Below, piece after piece: positions 14,330-28,861 of a stretch of 64,000 bases of DNA; position 1 is the stretch's first letter; the number at the start of each line of letters is the position of its first letter. Source of the DNA: Paraspadella gotoi (Eukaryota > Animalia > Chaetognatha); assembly GCA_051294375.1 (NCBI GenBank), contig CM119263.1:29910099-29974098 (forward strand). Reading direction: 5' to 3'. Under the pieces are notes generated by a model that ran no database searches, was not told the origin of the DNA, and saw nothing but the letters and a program-made list of their open reading frames with translations. A program made the position numbers and the translations under genes.

Positions 14330-14432
14330 AAGCGCGTGAATCACGAGTCAAAAAAGTCACGTGATCTCAGTCACGCGATTTCACAAAAGACTCCCGAAGT
14401 CACGTGATGCGTTTCATTCACCGGAAGTCGCT
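14330..14432. promoter_or_regulatory. Putative housekeeping-type promoter: two GTCACGTGA E-boxes and a CCGGAAGT ETS site
   Basis: gtcacgtga at ~14356 and ~14399 and ccggaagt at 14421, just upstream of a minus-strand ATG-GGG-(GAC)n at ~14306. Confidence 0.4.
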
Positions 14433-17049
14433 TTGGCCTCACGAAGTTTACGATCGACGAGTCGAGTGAAGGAAGGAAGGAAAAGTTGGAAGCTCAAAGT
14501 CACAAGTTGAAAGTAAAAAAAAACTAAGGAAAGCTGAAAGCTGAAAGCTAATAGCTGACAGGACTGTCTATTTATTAGAAAAAGTATGTCATATAATATA
14601 AACTTATAAAGATCAAATGAATGATTTTGAACGTTAAAATGGAGAAATGATTTTTAAATTTATTTAAAACATTAAAACATTATTCTTTAACATTGAGCAA
14701 TTTTTTATTATCCTGGCGTTCTGATTAGAAATACAGTATGTTAACAGATTTTTTATTTCTACAACAGAAAAACTTGGGTTCTCTTTTAAAAACCTCACAA
14801 ACAACTTTTTAACTTTAGGATTCAATCCTTTTTCTTTTTTTCTTTTTCCTTTTTCTTTCTTTTTCTTGTATCTTTCTTTCTCTTCTTCTTTTTCTTACTT
14901 TTCCTCACTTTTGTGTCTTTCTTTTTCTATGTCTTTCTGTACTTTTTCTTTCTCTCATTATTCTTTTGTCTTACTTTCTTGTTTGTCTCACTTTCTTTAT
15001 TTTTCCTTTTGAGTGTGAGGCGGTGTGATTCCCATCTACTTTCTTTCCTCGTTTCACGCTCTTTATTCACAGTCATTCCTCATTGATCACTTTTTTTTAT
15101 TTCTTTTTTTTCTTTTTTTCTTCTTCTTTACTTTTCTATCACTTTCCCCTTGTTTTTTCTTACGTATATCATTTTACCTTCTATTTTCCCATTATTTTTT
15201 ACTTAACGATTTATAATCATCAGTTTCTCATTCCTATTTTACTATTTTCAACTTATTTCATTATTATTACTACCTTCATATATTTTTCCATTTTTTTCTT
15301 TCTCCTCTCTTCATCCCATCCAATCGTCCTAAGATTTATTTTCCGACTCTATTCTTCTCTTCCTCCTATTTTTTCTTCCTCCCTTAAAATGTATCAACTT
15401 TTAGTTTTTTCTTTGTATCTTTTTTCTTGTCTCTTATATATCATCTTCACTATTTCCTTTTTCTGTCTTATCTTTTCCAGAATCTATTTTCTTATCATAA
15501 CTTCCTCTTTTTCTATCACTTCCCTCTCTTTCTTCCCCACCCCTTTCTCTCACTTCCCCCCTAATTTCTAAATCTCTTCCCTCCCTCCCTCCTCCCCCTC
15601 CCTTTCCCTCCCCACTCCCTCTCAGGCTCCCTCCCTCCCTCCCTTCCTTCTTTTTTTCTCTCTCCCTCCCTCCCTCTTCTCCTCCTTCTCTCCCCCCCTC
15701 CTCTCCTGCCTTTCCCACCTTCCCTGCCATCTTCATCCCTCAACCGTCCTTCTGTCCTTACTCCACTCCTTCATCTTTCACTCGTGTAACTGCACCGCCT
15801 ATCCGTCTCCCCGTCCTTCCTCGTCCGCGCTTCTCTTACGCTCCTGCTTCGGCCTGCTCCTCTCCTTTTCGATGATTCTCTATCGTTTCGTCTCTCCATT
15901 ATCCTCTTCTACTGTTCTTGATTCCTTCATCTCTTCCGACCTCACTGTGAGCTATCCTTCTCTCCTCATGGTCCACCTTCCGTGCTCATCTTCCTATCCC
16001 CTCACCTTCACCTGTCACTGCCTTCCTCTCCCCTTCCCCGCTTCCCTCAACTCTCTTCACCCACCCTCCCCCTGCCTTGCGCTCCCTCTTCCCTCTCACG
16101 GCTCCCTCCCTTAACTCTATTTCCTCTAGGCCTATTCTTCTCTCCTCTCTCTAGTCCTCTTCTCCTTCCTCACCTGCGTTCTAGTGCTCCTACTGCCTGT
16201 TCCTCCCTCATTCCCTCTTCCCTCCTTCTGCCTCCCTCTCTTCTTCCCTTGGCCTCCGCTGTCATCAATCACAGGGCCGGGTCGACCCTTAAGGCTAAAA
16301 GTGAGAAGAACCAACGAGGACCTCACGCTAACCTTTTTCTTCCCCAGAGCCCGGGCAATACGGCTCCCTACCTCTCTCTCTCTCTCTCTCTCTCTCTCCT
16401 CCTTCCGCTCTCTCTCTCTCTCTGTCAATTTCTCGTCAAGAAACATTACGGGACCAGAGAATAAAGATTTCAGTTTGCCTTGAATTATAAATAGGTAAAA
16501 AATCTATTCAGAAAATACAACAAAGAAAACGCATTTTAATTCAAGGTTTCTATACATTTCCTAAACTTCATTTGCATATTGCAGTAAATCCGTAAGGATT
16601 TTTTGAAATCTTTTTTAGGAGAGCAAATTGGGCATCTAAATTTTTTTTTCGTTTAGGATTGTAATTTGATTTGATTTTATTGTAATTGAAAAAGTGAAGT
16701 TAAGTATTATTTCATTTTTTTCAAAGAAAATGAGATGTAAGTCTAAAAGAATAAAAAGAAAAATAAAAAAATAATATTAGCTATAAAAAATTGTAGCCGG
16801 TTGGGATAATAAAATCTTTACTTTTATGTCACTTTACGTCTTTATGTAACCTCTGTTTCTATTATTTTTGAAATAAAAAAAAAAAAAAAATAGCGTTTTT
16901 ATTTAATCCTTAAACGTTCTGGAAAGTAATTTTTTATAGATTCTTATGAATTCGTTTATAACTTTAAAAAGTATTGTTTTTATTGATACCGTTGCTGTTT
17001 TTCTATTTCATAATTGTGTTAATATAACAAAAATTACGGAGTGAGTGAC

Positions 17050-19547
17050 TTAAAGATTAAACGAATAACCATATTCCTTCCCTTGGCAGTTGAGGCTATT
17101 GGTGCCTGCAATGGAACCGACTTTTGCCAGAATCTCTTCCCTTTTTCCGTTTCGCGACTGAAAAAAAATCTCAATCTTTCGTCCATTTGGACGAGAATCA
17201 CAGATGCGCCCTGAATTGAAATCAGAGAAGACCCTCCGCCGACTGCAGCGGGAGGAAGGTGCTGCCGCTGCGGTCCTCGATGCAGCAGCCCGGTCCTGCT
17301 GCGGCGTGAGGGAAAAAGGGCGTCGACCAAAAAAAAAAGCTTTCTTTCNNNNNNNNNNNNNNNNNNNNNNNNNNNNNNNNNNNNNNNNNNNNNNNNNNNN
17401 NNNNNNNNNNNNNNNNNNNNNNNNNNNNNNNNNNNNNNNNNNNNNNNNNNNNNNNNNNNNNNNNNNNNNNNNNNNNNNNNNNNNNNNNNNNNNNNNNNNN
17501 NNNNNNNNNNNNNNNNNNNNNNNNNNNNNNNNNNNNNNNNNNNNNNNNNNNNNNNNNNNNNNNNNNNNNNNNNNNNNNNNNNNNNNNNNNNNNNNNNNNN
17601 NNNNNNNNNNNNNNNNNNNNNNNNNNNNNNNNNNNNNNNNNNNNNNNNNNNNNNNNNNNNNNNNNNNNNNNNNNNNNNNNNNNNNNNNNNNNNNNNNNNN
17701 NNNNNNNNNNNNNNNNNNNNNNNNNNNNNNNNNNNNNNNNNNNNNNNNNNNNNNNNNNNNNNNNNNNNNNNNNNNNNNNNNNNNNNNNNNNNNNNNNNNN
17801 NNNNNNNNNNNNNNNNNNNNNNNNNNNNNNNNNNNNNNNNNNNNNNNNNNNNNNNNNNNNNNNNNNNNNNNNNNNNNNNNNNNNNNNNNNNNNNNNNNNN
17901 NNNNNNNNNNNNNNNNNNNNNNNNNNNNNNNNNNNNNNNNNNNNNNNNNNNNNNNNNNNNNNNNNNNNNNNNNNNNNNNNNNNNNNNNNNNNNNNNNNNN
18001 NNNNNNNNAAAAAAACGATCCTTTGGGTGATCAGTTTCACCGGTGATTCGCGATCTCACTCCCTTTCTCTTATCGGTGAAACTGGCCAGTGAACTTGCAG
18101 GAGAATCGCCGGGAAAATCATCGAGTCATCGGGCTTATTATGATTTCCTTGACATTGTACATTTTAAAACGTAATTCGTATTTCATCCTGTTCACGTCGC
18201 CATACCTTTTTGTTTTTCTTGCTCACACTGTTCTCGTTTTGTTTTTTCGATTTTTTTTTTCTTGTTGTCGTTTTTGATTAAGTTTTGTTTTTGTTGTTTT
18301 TTTGTTTTTGTTTTTCTTGACTTACCTCCAATGGTTTGTCCGTGGCCGGCGTGTGAAAATTGTTCCAAGAACACTGCTTCAAGTTTTTCTTTATGAAATT
18401 CAATGTGTTGTTCCCGATTATTTCTTGCGAGATGTCGTTCGGAGAGACTCCTGATTTGAAGATTGATTGATTGCTTGATCGGTGGTAAGTTTGATTTGTT
18501 AGTATCGTTAAGAATAAAGTTAATGGACGTTTGATTGGTTAAATGCGTAAAGAAACGACGTTTGATTGGTTGAATGAGTCACTTATCACTTGATTGACTC
18601 AAGTGAATATAAATTAATATAAATCATCTATTTGAAAACTGGAACAGAAAGAGAATCGAGCCTAGTGTTGGGTAGATGCACCCTCTATTTTCTGAAGACA
18701 ACACTAACGTCCCCATCCCAAACAGATAAATAATATTATATTTAAATATTTAACGCAAAAAATATTTTAAATGAAATCATAAATAATAGTTATTCTAAAC
18801 CAAAAAAAATAAATAAATAAGAAATAAATAAATAAAGATAGTGAAGCAAGTAATTTTGCAAGTTTCATAAATCAAAGTATCGACCTTGAGCTGGTCCACC
18901 GATTCGATCGCTTCTCTCGTCTTCCAAATCGTTGCCTCTCAAAGTCTCCGATTTCGGAACGATGCAGCATTTAAGGCATCTCTGTCAACAAGTGAACAAA
19001 AATTAAGGCTTTTAGGGCATTTCTGCGAATAAGTGAACAATATTTAAAGAGTGGAGATTCTGATTATTATTAGATAGCGAGAAAATTAAATCGCCGGCCG
19101 AATTCGTTGAAAATTTCAATTCCCGCTAGGAAATTATGTTGCTCACTCTGTTCTTTTCCTTATTTGGAATTTTTTTTGGACTCGTTTTGTTTACAAATGT
19201 AAACCAAATTTTCTTTCTCTTTCTCGCCGTATAAAAATGAAAGCCACTTTGTACAATTAGCCAATTCGATTCTATTCGCTTTTCTGATTTGGGGGTAAAC
19301 TTTCGCAATGCCCGACTACACACTTAATATTTAAAAAATACCGCACTTTTTTTTTAACCAAAAAACTACAGTAATTACCCGCCTTTTCGTAGCTTACCTT
19401 CTCCACGAATACCTTACCTTTCTTCGTCATCGATTCAATTACCTTACCTTCTCATTTCCTCACCCAAATCACTCACCTGTCGTCTTCGAATTCCGTCCAC
19501 TTTTGTTTGAAGAGAAAAGAATAAAAGAAAAATGACGACAAAGAATT

Positions 19548-19583
<36 letters not shown>

Positions 19584-19764
19584 TTCGTCGCGTCTTTAAA
19601 ATCGGCGTCGACGAAGAAGACATCAAGTCTCTGGTCAACATCGTCGTCGTCTTAGTCGTCATCTTCGTCGTCGTCGTCTTAGCCGATCTCGGAGTCGCCG
19701 GGACGATGCATCGTTTGTGAAGTCGTGAGATGTGAAGATCGATTTGTCCAGAAGTTGATTTCAT
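17050..19764 (-). CDS. Putative secreted protein with a CTHRC1 C-terminal-like domain; partial, gap inside
   Basis: Phase-compatible GT-AG exons 19764-19477 (hydrophobic KFFVVIFLLFFSL), 18981-18885 and 18450-18326 (NLKQCSWNNF, cf. CTHRC1 NYKQCSW). Noisy downstream fragments read FSCKFT (~18100) and QG-ICD (~17200). Confidence 0.4.
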
Positions 19765-20723
19765 TGTTGTCTCCGTCGTCGTCGTTGTCGTCGTCGTCGT
19801 CGTCGTCGTCGTCGTTGAATCTTGGATCTTGAATATTTTATGGAATCATGACCGTGAAAAATACGTGAATGCTCCTTCACTAATCTTTCACCGATCATTC
19901 ACCGAGCATTTCTCGTTGACGTTCACAAACTCTAAAGTTTTTTTGATTTGTTTCGATGTTTTTGTTTAGTTATTCTGAAGAGAAAATCGTTAAAATTGCA
20001 GATTTCTGAATCGCGTTAAACGAATTCTCAATTTGAGAAATTATAAAAATTAAAAAGTAATGAAAATTTTTATATATTTATATATTATATATTATATTAT
20101 ATATCATATTATGTATTTTTTATTATCTTTTATTCTCTTTATTAATTGCTTTTTTCTAGTTGCGTTCGTTTCTTATCATCTCACACCAAATTTTCTTTAT
20201 CTTAGCCCGATCTATTTAACATTATAGACCCCGTCCCAGTTTTGTAATTTTAAAATTTGTATTTTGTAATAAAGATATGAATTATCAAAAAAAATTTCGA
20301 TCCTCACAGCGAAGATTTCTTTCAAAATCGCGCGAGAAAAAGTTTTTCGCGTTCGACGTCCACGACGCGATTTCCGNNNNNNNNNNNNNNNNNNNNNNNN
20401 NNNNNNNNNNNNNNNNNNNNNNNNNNNNNNNNNNNNNNNNNNNNNNNNNNNNNNNNNNNNNNNNNNNNNNNNNNNNNNNNNNNNNNNNNNNNNNNNNNNN
20501 NNNNNNNNNNNNNNNNNNNNNNNNNNNNNNNNNNNNNNNNNNNNNNNNNNNNNNNNNNNNNNNNNNNNNNNNNNNNNNNNNNNNNNNNNNNNNNNNNNNN
20601 NNNNNNNNNNNNNNNNNNNNNNNNNNNNNNNNNNNNNNNNNNNNNNNNNNNNNNNNNNNNNNNNNNNNNNNNNNNNNNNNNNNNNNNNNNNNNNNNNNNN
20701 NNNNNNNNNNNNNNNNNNNNNNN

Positions 20724-20760
<37 letters not shown>

Positions 20761-21605
20761 GGCAGATAGAGAGAGAGATAGTTGGTTGCTGACAAATTTT
20801 CCCAAGACAATTCGTTGACCTCAGTTGAAGGAAGAAGTAGAAAGGAAAAAGTTTTTAATGGTTCAGAAAAGAAGAGAAGAGAAGAGAAGAGAAGAGAAGA
20901 GAAGAGAAGAGAAGAGAAGAGAAGAGAAGAAAAGAGAATAAAAAGCAAAGATGAGAAAAAGAAAGGAGAAATAAAAAGAGCTAGGATGACAAAAGGGAAA
21001 AAGTAAATATGAAAAAAAGAAAAAGAAAAAAGCAAAGATGAGAAAAATAGAAAAGAAAAAAGAGCAAAGATGATAAAAAAAAGTTAATATGAAAAAAGAG
21101 AAAGAAAAAAAGCATAGATGAGAAAAAGAGAAAGGAAAAAAGAGCAAAGCTGAAAACAAAATAAGAAATCAAAGTACAAAGAAAAAAAAAGTAAGGATGA
21201 AATAAAAAGAAGAGACAAATGTTGCAAGAAATGAAAAAACAGATTTGGGTCAATCGCCTCATTGACTGTTGATATCAGATACCATAACATAAACTTAAAT
21301 GCCCCATCATCTTTAAAATTTCCCTTTATCTCAAACCATCTTTAACCATCTTTAACCATCTTTAACCATCATTAACCATCTCTAACCCTTAAATCCCCCA
21401 TTTGAATTGTCCTCACGTCCCGCTCGCACAAACTATGGTAGAGAAAATCCCNNNNNNNNNNNNNNNNNNNNNNNNNNNNNNNNNNNNNNNNNNNNNNNNN
21501 NNNNNNNNNNNNNNNNNNNNNNNNNNNNNNNNNNNNNNNNNNNNNNNNNNNNNNNNNNNNNNNNNNNNNNNNNNNNNNNNNNNNNNNNNNNNNNNNNNNN
21601 NNNNN

Positions 21606-21642
<37 letters not shown>

Positions 21643-21856
21643 CAAAAAGACAAAAAGACAGGGAGAGAAAAAAAACCTACAACCAATGTAAAAAATGCTA
21701 AAACCAAAAAAAAGAACCATTTCAATTAGTTAACATCACTAATATGAATGTTTAAAAAAGTTGTTTTAATCATAATTAATGAAATCAAAACGAACAAACT
21801 TTAAAAAAAAACGAAATATCAAAAATTTCTTCTTTTTTTTCCACTAAAAGTTATAG

Positions 21857-22055
21857 GGCCTCATATTCCCAGAACGCCCCTTTTCAACTCAAATTCGGAA
21901 TTAACCTAAAGTGTAAAAATTAAGTCAAAGGTTAGGGATTAAGTAAGGGATTGGGTTAAAGGTTAAAGGATAAAGATTGAGGTTGAAATTTAATGATTAG
22001 GGTGAAAGGTGAAGTTAGGGTAAGGCATTAGGGTAAGGCATTAAGGTTAGGAATT
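21857..22055. mobile_element. TTAGGG-filled MITE-like copy (right end not seen)
   Basis: ggcctcatattcccagaacgcccc end followed by ttaggg variants. Confidence 0.5.
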
Positions 22056-22057
22056 TA

Positions 22058-22221
22058 TACAGGACGAGATTCATACAAGACGATATTTTTCTAGGATGAG
22101 ATTCATATAGGACGAGATTCTTACAGGACGAGATTCATACAGGACGAGATCCATCGAGAACGAGATTCATACAGGACGAGATTCATCCAGGATGAGATTC
22201 ATATAGGACGAAATTCATACA
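22058..22221. repeat. 16-bp minisatellite acaggacgagattcat (also ~28410-28510)
   Basis: Visible tandem units. Confidence 0.8.
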
Positions 22222-22661
22222 GCCATATCTTCGGCTGATTCTTTGTTGGTTTCGTCTGACGNNNNNNNNNNNNNNNNNNNNNNNNNNNNNNNNNNNNNNN
22301 NNNNNNNNNNNNNNNNNNNNNNNNNNNNNNNNNNNNNNNNNNNNNNNNNNNNNNNNNNNNNNNNNNNNNNNNNNNNNNNNNNNNNNNNNNNNNNNNNNNN
22401 NNNNNNNNNNNNNNNNNNNNNNNNNNNNNNNNNNNNNNNNNNNNNNNNNNNNNNNNNNNNNNNNNNNNNNNNNNNNNNNNNNNNNNNNNNNNNNNNNNNN
22501 NNNNNNNNNNNNNNNNNNNNNNNNNNNNNNNNNNNNNNNNNNNNNNNNNNNNNNNNNNNNNNNNNNNNNNNNNNNNNNNNNNNNNNNNNNNNNNNNNNNN
22601 NNNNNNNNNNNNNNNNNNNNNNNNNNNNNNNNNNNNNNNNNNNNNNNNNNNNNNNNNNNNN

Positions 22662-25600
22662 TTCCTTCGTGGCAAATTTCAGGGATGCATCCCCACTCGT
22701 AAACCTATGCGTCGAAGTATACAATCGTTTTTAGAATGTATTAAAATTTTAAAATATAATTAAAAAATTCCCGAAATCTTTTTTTGGTCATTTGTCTCCA
22801 ACAATTTTAGTGTTACATTTCATCAGAGTAGGGCCAATCTATATTAATAGGTTGGGCCAGAGGTTTGATTTGGCAACCTTCCCAAATGAATGAATACATT
22901 TCTAAAAAACTTTCAAAAATATTTTCACTAATCATTAAATTTTTAATATTTATTTAGAGATGAAACATCAAACTTTTTTTAAATTTTGTATTTTTAAAAG
23001 CAGATTCAGATAGCTTATAAAAAGTTGTATACACAAAGTATAATTCTAATTTTCAATATCTTTTTTCATCATCATCTTACGATGATTTTATTAGTTTTTA
23101 TTAATTTTTGGTAATAAAACATTGAAATTACATTTTTGTTTAACTTTCTAAGCTCCATCAGAATTAATTTTTCAAGAAAATTAAAATATAATATAATATA
23201 GCAATATAATAATTAAATTAGCGAATTACTCATAGTTCAAAATAACATTTCAAAAAAATATCTTAACACAATAATGAATACCGATAATGAATTTTCAATT
23301 TTACAACTATTATTATAATTATGTTTAATCCAAAAGTCTCACCTCTGCCGAATGGTCGGGCGACACATAAAGCCAATAGGTTTCTTTTGCTCCAACTTTT
23401 GGAGATCTCTCTTCAAAATGAAAACATTTTTTGTTTTTGAGAATTTCCCTGAAGTAATCAAAAATTGAGGATCATATGATGACTTTTTTGATAAAAGGTT
23501 TGTTGAAACAACAAAGCGATCGTTCTTATTTCAAAGAATATAAGGATTTAGATGTCTTTTCATACAATTGAAACATTCTTTAAAACATTCTTTGAAACAT
23601 TATACCACTTGTCCTGATTGAAAAATTGCAGTGACCTGCTATGTCCTTATTTTGTAAGAGTCATGGAGGCCTTAAACCACCAAAGCCTGTCTAAAGTCAG
23701 GGAAATAAGATAGCTTATTTATTAAATGAATGGAGAATTTTTATATTGATTGTACCAATTTCATAGAAGCCACCACACATTAGTTACAATTACCAAAACA
23801 GAAACATTCATAACGAAAATTTTTAACACGAATATTTTTTTCATTTTTAATTTTGGAACAGTCAAATTCTACTAAAAATTGGTACGTCCAATATAAAAAA
23901 ATCATTCATTTATTTAAAAAAATAATCTATCGTGTACCTGACTTTAGAAAGTCTATGGTAAGTTAAGACCTCCAGCCGTCTTACCGAATAACAACAAAAC
24001 ACCTCAACATAACTCCACAATAGGGCGCTGCAGCCCTGCAGCCCTCAAGTATTATGTCAACAACAACAGACGCCCCCCCCCACCAGGTTTCCAAAGAGAC
24101 TTGTGCCATCATTGGTTCTCCTGTTGATTCCATCTTTTGCGCCATTTCCATTCCTTTGCCGAACAGAGAATATTTGGGGACTTTTCTACCAATAACACCC
24201 GCGACGACGGGGCTGAATTCAAGAAGTAGATTTGAGTTTGTTTAATGACTATTATTTTATGTTTTGATTTGTGTTTTAACAAAAGGCTTGCCTTTTATTT
24301 GACCAAGTTTGAGGATTTAGCGTTTTTAAATAGTTTGCCTTACTGGCTTACAAATCATATTTATCTCAATTTACTTTTAAATTTTTTCCCCCTCATTTTC
24401 TTTTTTTCAAAACTTTGAAAAAAATTGTGGCTTAAAATTGTAGCTTAAAATTAGAGGCCTTGTTCACTGAATATTTCTTCACTGAATATTTCTTCACTGA
24501 ATATTTCTTCACTGATTATTTCTTCACTAAATATTTCTTCACTGAATATTACCTTTTGATTAAACGCATTATTCTGAATGTTTCAGCTTTGTAACTTGTT
24601 AAATTTATTATTTCGAAATTGTTTAGCAATTGTTTTTTTTCTTTTGTCTTAATAATTCTTTCTTTTATTAGCCCCCCTACCCCTAGGCCACTTCCTAATT
24701 CTTACCAATATTCGCCGGATGTATCACCCCGCTCTTAACCTCACCCAGTGTGAATTCCAACTCTAATCTGGATGCTGTGAAAGTCGGTCTTTCCATCGAC
24801 TTCCATCGATGTTGCGGGATAACGAATCGATTAAACAATCTCCAACATCGCAGAGCGAACTTAGCACGTTTTGTGCCGCCTGTTTAGAATCGCCGTGCAA
24901 CGCCTGTGGTTTTGGCGACCGGTATTGAAAAAAAAAGTTGTAGCAAAATGACACCAAACGTTATCAAATATTAGCTAATGTCAGTTTTGGAAATGTAATG
25001 CGTCAAATGACATATGACTTGATAAAATAACCTCCTCTCAAAAAAAAACATCAAAAGACATGCATTGAGGCAAGAGATTAATAAAACATCACCAAATCTC
25101 AAAACCCGCGGTGCCTCACTCTCTTGATTTTGAGGACTGATAAAGTAAAGATAAGATAGACTAAGATAAAGATAAGATAAGATAAGAAAGATAGATAGAT
25201 AAAGATAAGATAAGATAAGGTAAGATTACAGTTTTCCGAAAGGCAATCCCGCGGCGACGATTATAAGAATCGTCCTATGTAATCGATCTTGTAGAGATCG
25301 GTTTCTGACGAGATGAGCGAGTCGCGTTAGAGAAGTTAAGGATGGTTATCAACTGTTCGGGAGAAAGGCCAGAGGAAAGAAACGAGTGTAGTTGACTATC
25401 TGTCCGCTGGCAAAGGATGGTCACTCGCTCGTGCCTTCGTGTGGACCTTAGAATGTTTGCGTCATCGTAGGATAATCGATACAAAAAAAGTATGTCAGTT
25501 TCTATTTCAGACGAACAGATTAAGGAATACAGTTGCCTCTGGCGACTCGAGTGAACTCTGTTCATAAAGGTTAACTTCAGTTACCAAAATTAAAATTTAT

Positions 25601-28060
25601 AAAAATCTTTTTTTGCGGAAACTTCTAATTTTAAAAGGTTGATTTAGAATTTTTAAAGAAATTTAACAAGGCCTACCATCTTGTTTATGCATAGCTTAAG
25701 TAATATGAAATGCTCGTTTTTTTTTCAATTGAAACTTTTCATCCGCTTCACCCTAAGCATAGAACCTTCTTTCCGCTGAGGAAGTTGAACTCCGCTACGT
25801 CCTAGGATGGAAAGCATGTTGTGGCTCGCAGCTCCCGCCTAGAGGATGTGTGGGGAAGGGAGAGACACGAAATTAAAGGATGTAGTGGATGTAGCTAGCT
25901 TCGCGAGGCTAGAGGAGTGTCGTCGGGAAGGGGAAAAAAACTGATGTTAGTTATGAGCAACTGCTCCAACTAAAGGGAAAAGGTGGAGTCCCAGTAAGGA
26001 GCTAAAGATGGAGGAAAAGATCGATTAAGGATGGATTAGATAACTTTTTCTTTATTGCGAGCAAGTACTGCCTTTCTTAAAGGGATGGATAGACAACCTT
26101 TTTCTTTTGAGCAAGTACTCTTTCCCTTCTTCTGAACGACGCTATCTCGGTCCAAGTGTGTAGAAAAATAATCCATTCGCGAGAGAATGTGTGTCGTTAC
26201 GGTCTTTTTACGCCCTCCCAGACCTTCTGAGGAAAGAGCAGGCCTTAGAGAGAGAGAGACCGAGACGAGGAGAGAGAGAGAAGGAGAGAGAGAGATTGAG
26301 CGAGAGGAAAAGCAAAAATCTTACAAAATAAGAAATTATCTATTCTGTAAAGACTTTCGATTTCGTTGTGTTTTGAAATTGGCGAAAAACAAATAGATTT
26401 GTTTTTTTTTGTCTAATACAATTCGTTGAAAAAAAAAAAAACAAATATAATGTTTTCGCCAAACGCAAATTATATAAAATAGATATTAAATCAATTATAT
26501 ACAATCATTAAAAATTATATAAAATAGATATTAAACAATTGATTAATTACAATCATTAAAATTCATACAAAAATAGATATTAAAACAATTTATAATTGTT
26601 AAATAGTTTATAAATATTGAATTTAGGTTTCGAACATAATATTTGTTATTATATGAAAATACCAATACGTACTAGCCTTAAAATCTCAAACTCGTCGCTC
26701 TTTCTATGATTTCAATGGTTTAAATATTTAGTTTCTTAAAGTGCTCTCACTCGCCCTTTCTGATCCAAGTTATTGGGTACATAGTTCTCCAAAAAAAGTC
26801 GAAAGTTCGTTTTTAGATTGGTCTATTTAAATTTAAAGGGAAGTATAAAAGGGCAAGTAGATGTTAAAACTTTAGGAGATTGCCCAGGAAACATTACAGG
26901 GTTAAAACATGATAAATATTTTGTAACTTTTTGAATGAATTCTAATCATTGAAATTATATTTTGTACAGCTTTGTAGCTCTCTCTCTCTGGCTCTCTATC
27001 TTTAGCTGCTCTCTCTCTATAACTCACTCTTGTTGCTCTGCTCTGATTATTTTATTAAAAATTAAAATCTCATGATCTTAGGATTGCATTTCTTATTTTT
27101 GAGAGGAAATAGGCTCTTCGCCCAGTGGAAATCTACAAGGTACAGATTAGCGTTAGAGCTAAGTGCGTCAATAATAACAAGATGATTAAAAATTACTATA
27201 AAAATAAGATTATTACCAACTTAATTATAAACAATTCATTAAAACATCATACAAAAATAGAATATTAAACAATTTATAATACAATTGAAATTAAAACTTA
27301 CTTTGGCGAAGCAGTGGGGCGGAGGGAAAAGGCCTTCTGACCGCCACTTTGTGGGCAAATGAGAATATCGGAATTTAGTTGTTGGATATCTAAATATTAA
27401 AATACAATTTTCTAATCGTTTAAACCTATGGGTTAACCATGACGCTATTTTCTTTGGATGATATGTTTTTGTCTAGTCGTTAAATTTTACCAAGCCAAGA
27501 ACCTGAGTCTTGTTATGAGCAATTATTTCCCTTAAACGGTATATAAAATCACTGTTTAATTATTCTTATCAGAACCTGTTCATTACTTTTGCTGTAAAAA
27601 ATAATGCCAAAAGGAAACTTTTAACTTAATTGCTAACTATCAAAAATGTCCGGTTTAGGAAGACCGTTACGAATAATATTTTTCTTCAGGGAAAAATAGT
27701 ATGCTGAAATACATTATAATGATAGTACTTAGGTCTGATGCCAATAAAGCTTTAGGACTCAACTTTTAGGTACTAAAACCTTTTGTCAGAATGAGCTGTG
27801 GACTGATAATTTTTTTTTGGCTAAATAAAACACTCCTTTTGTTCAAATTAATTTCATGCTCATGATATTATCCAAAACCTATAGTATATCTCCTTCGATA
27901 GGTTATGTTTAGATCTGCATTTACCTAAAATACAATCATTCACTTTCTTTGATTATTTATTCACATTTACTAAATCCACGATCTGAATTAATCTCACTCT
28001 GTCCCTCTATTCTTTTCTTATTGGAATCACAGCAAATATTCCTCTGAAATACAAAAATAA
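22662..28060 (-). pseudogene. Duplicate of the 3' half of the receptor guanylyl cyclase (late kinase and cyclase exons); probably an alternative haplotype or noisy read
   Basis: Collinear with 28.9-33.5 kb. Exons ~24212-24084 (GPVVAGVIGRKVPKYSLFG) and 23448-23343 are clean here; others are frameshifted. Confidence 0.7.
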
Positions 28061-28654
28061 TACATTTGAGACATAACTACTTAAAAATAATATTTATACT
28101 TATTGGGTAACTTTTTTTTGTTCCTTTTTTTAGTAATGAAGGCACTAAGGAAAGATATTTGCCACAAGAAAAAAAACAGAAATAAGAAGAAAAAGAAAGA
28201 GAAAGAGAAGAAGATAAGAAAAGAATAACGAATTAAGAGATATAGAAAAAAAGAAAATAATTAATAAAAAAATAAATAAAAAAATAAATAAACNNNNNNN
28301 NNNNNNNNNNNNNNNNNNNNNNNNNNNNNNNNNNNNNNNNNNNNNNNNNNNNNNNNNNNNNNNNNNNNNNNNNNNNNNNNNNNNNNNNNNNNNAGGAAGA
28401 TTTCTTACAAGGACGAGATTCATACAGGACGAAGAAGATCCATCGAGAACGAGATGCGTACAGGAGCGAGATTCACAGGATGAGATTCATTATAGGACAC
28501 AATTCATGACAGCCCCTATCATCTACGGCTGATTCTTTGCTTGGTTTCGTCTGACGCAGATCTCCGATGACGAATTAGGATTTGGTAATTTTCGCCTTCC
28601 CCAGAATTTTAGATTTGTTTGGAATGAGAGAGTATGAGAGAGAGAGAGAGATAG

Positions 28655-28703
<49 letters not shown>

Positions 28704-28792
28704 TTAGTAGAGTGTCATAAACGGCGCGGTTTGGCTCTATTGTGGTTTTGTGTCGTCTGTGTGTCTGTTTATCATTCTTCTCTCTGTCTCAT

Positions 28793-28830
<38 letters not shown>

Positions 28831-28861
28831 CTCTCCTCTCTCTCTCTCTCTCTTCTCTTCT

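Larger units (their letters stand above)
6230..15120. repeat. ~4.7-kb noisy tandem duplication (~6230-10900 vs ~10960-15120)
   Basis: Collinear anchors in both halves (e.g. catcagtctt..caatttgaggctg, gacatgtttcggc, agctcaaagtcaca), many 1-bp indels, N gap at the junction. Confidence 0.8.

Noticed and set aside
4545-22734. Long ORFs containing X runs or RE/SL/F repeats
   Set aside because: Artefacts of N gaps and (GA)n or T-rich low-complexity sequence.
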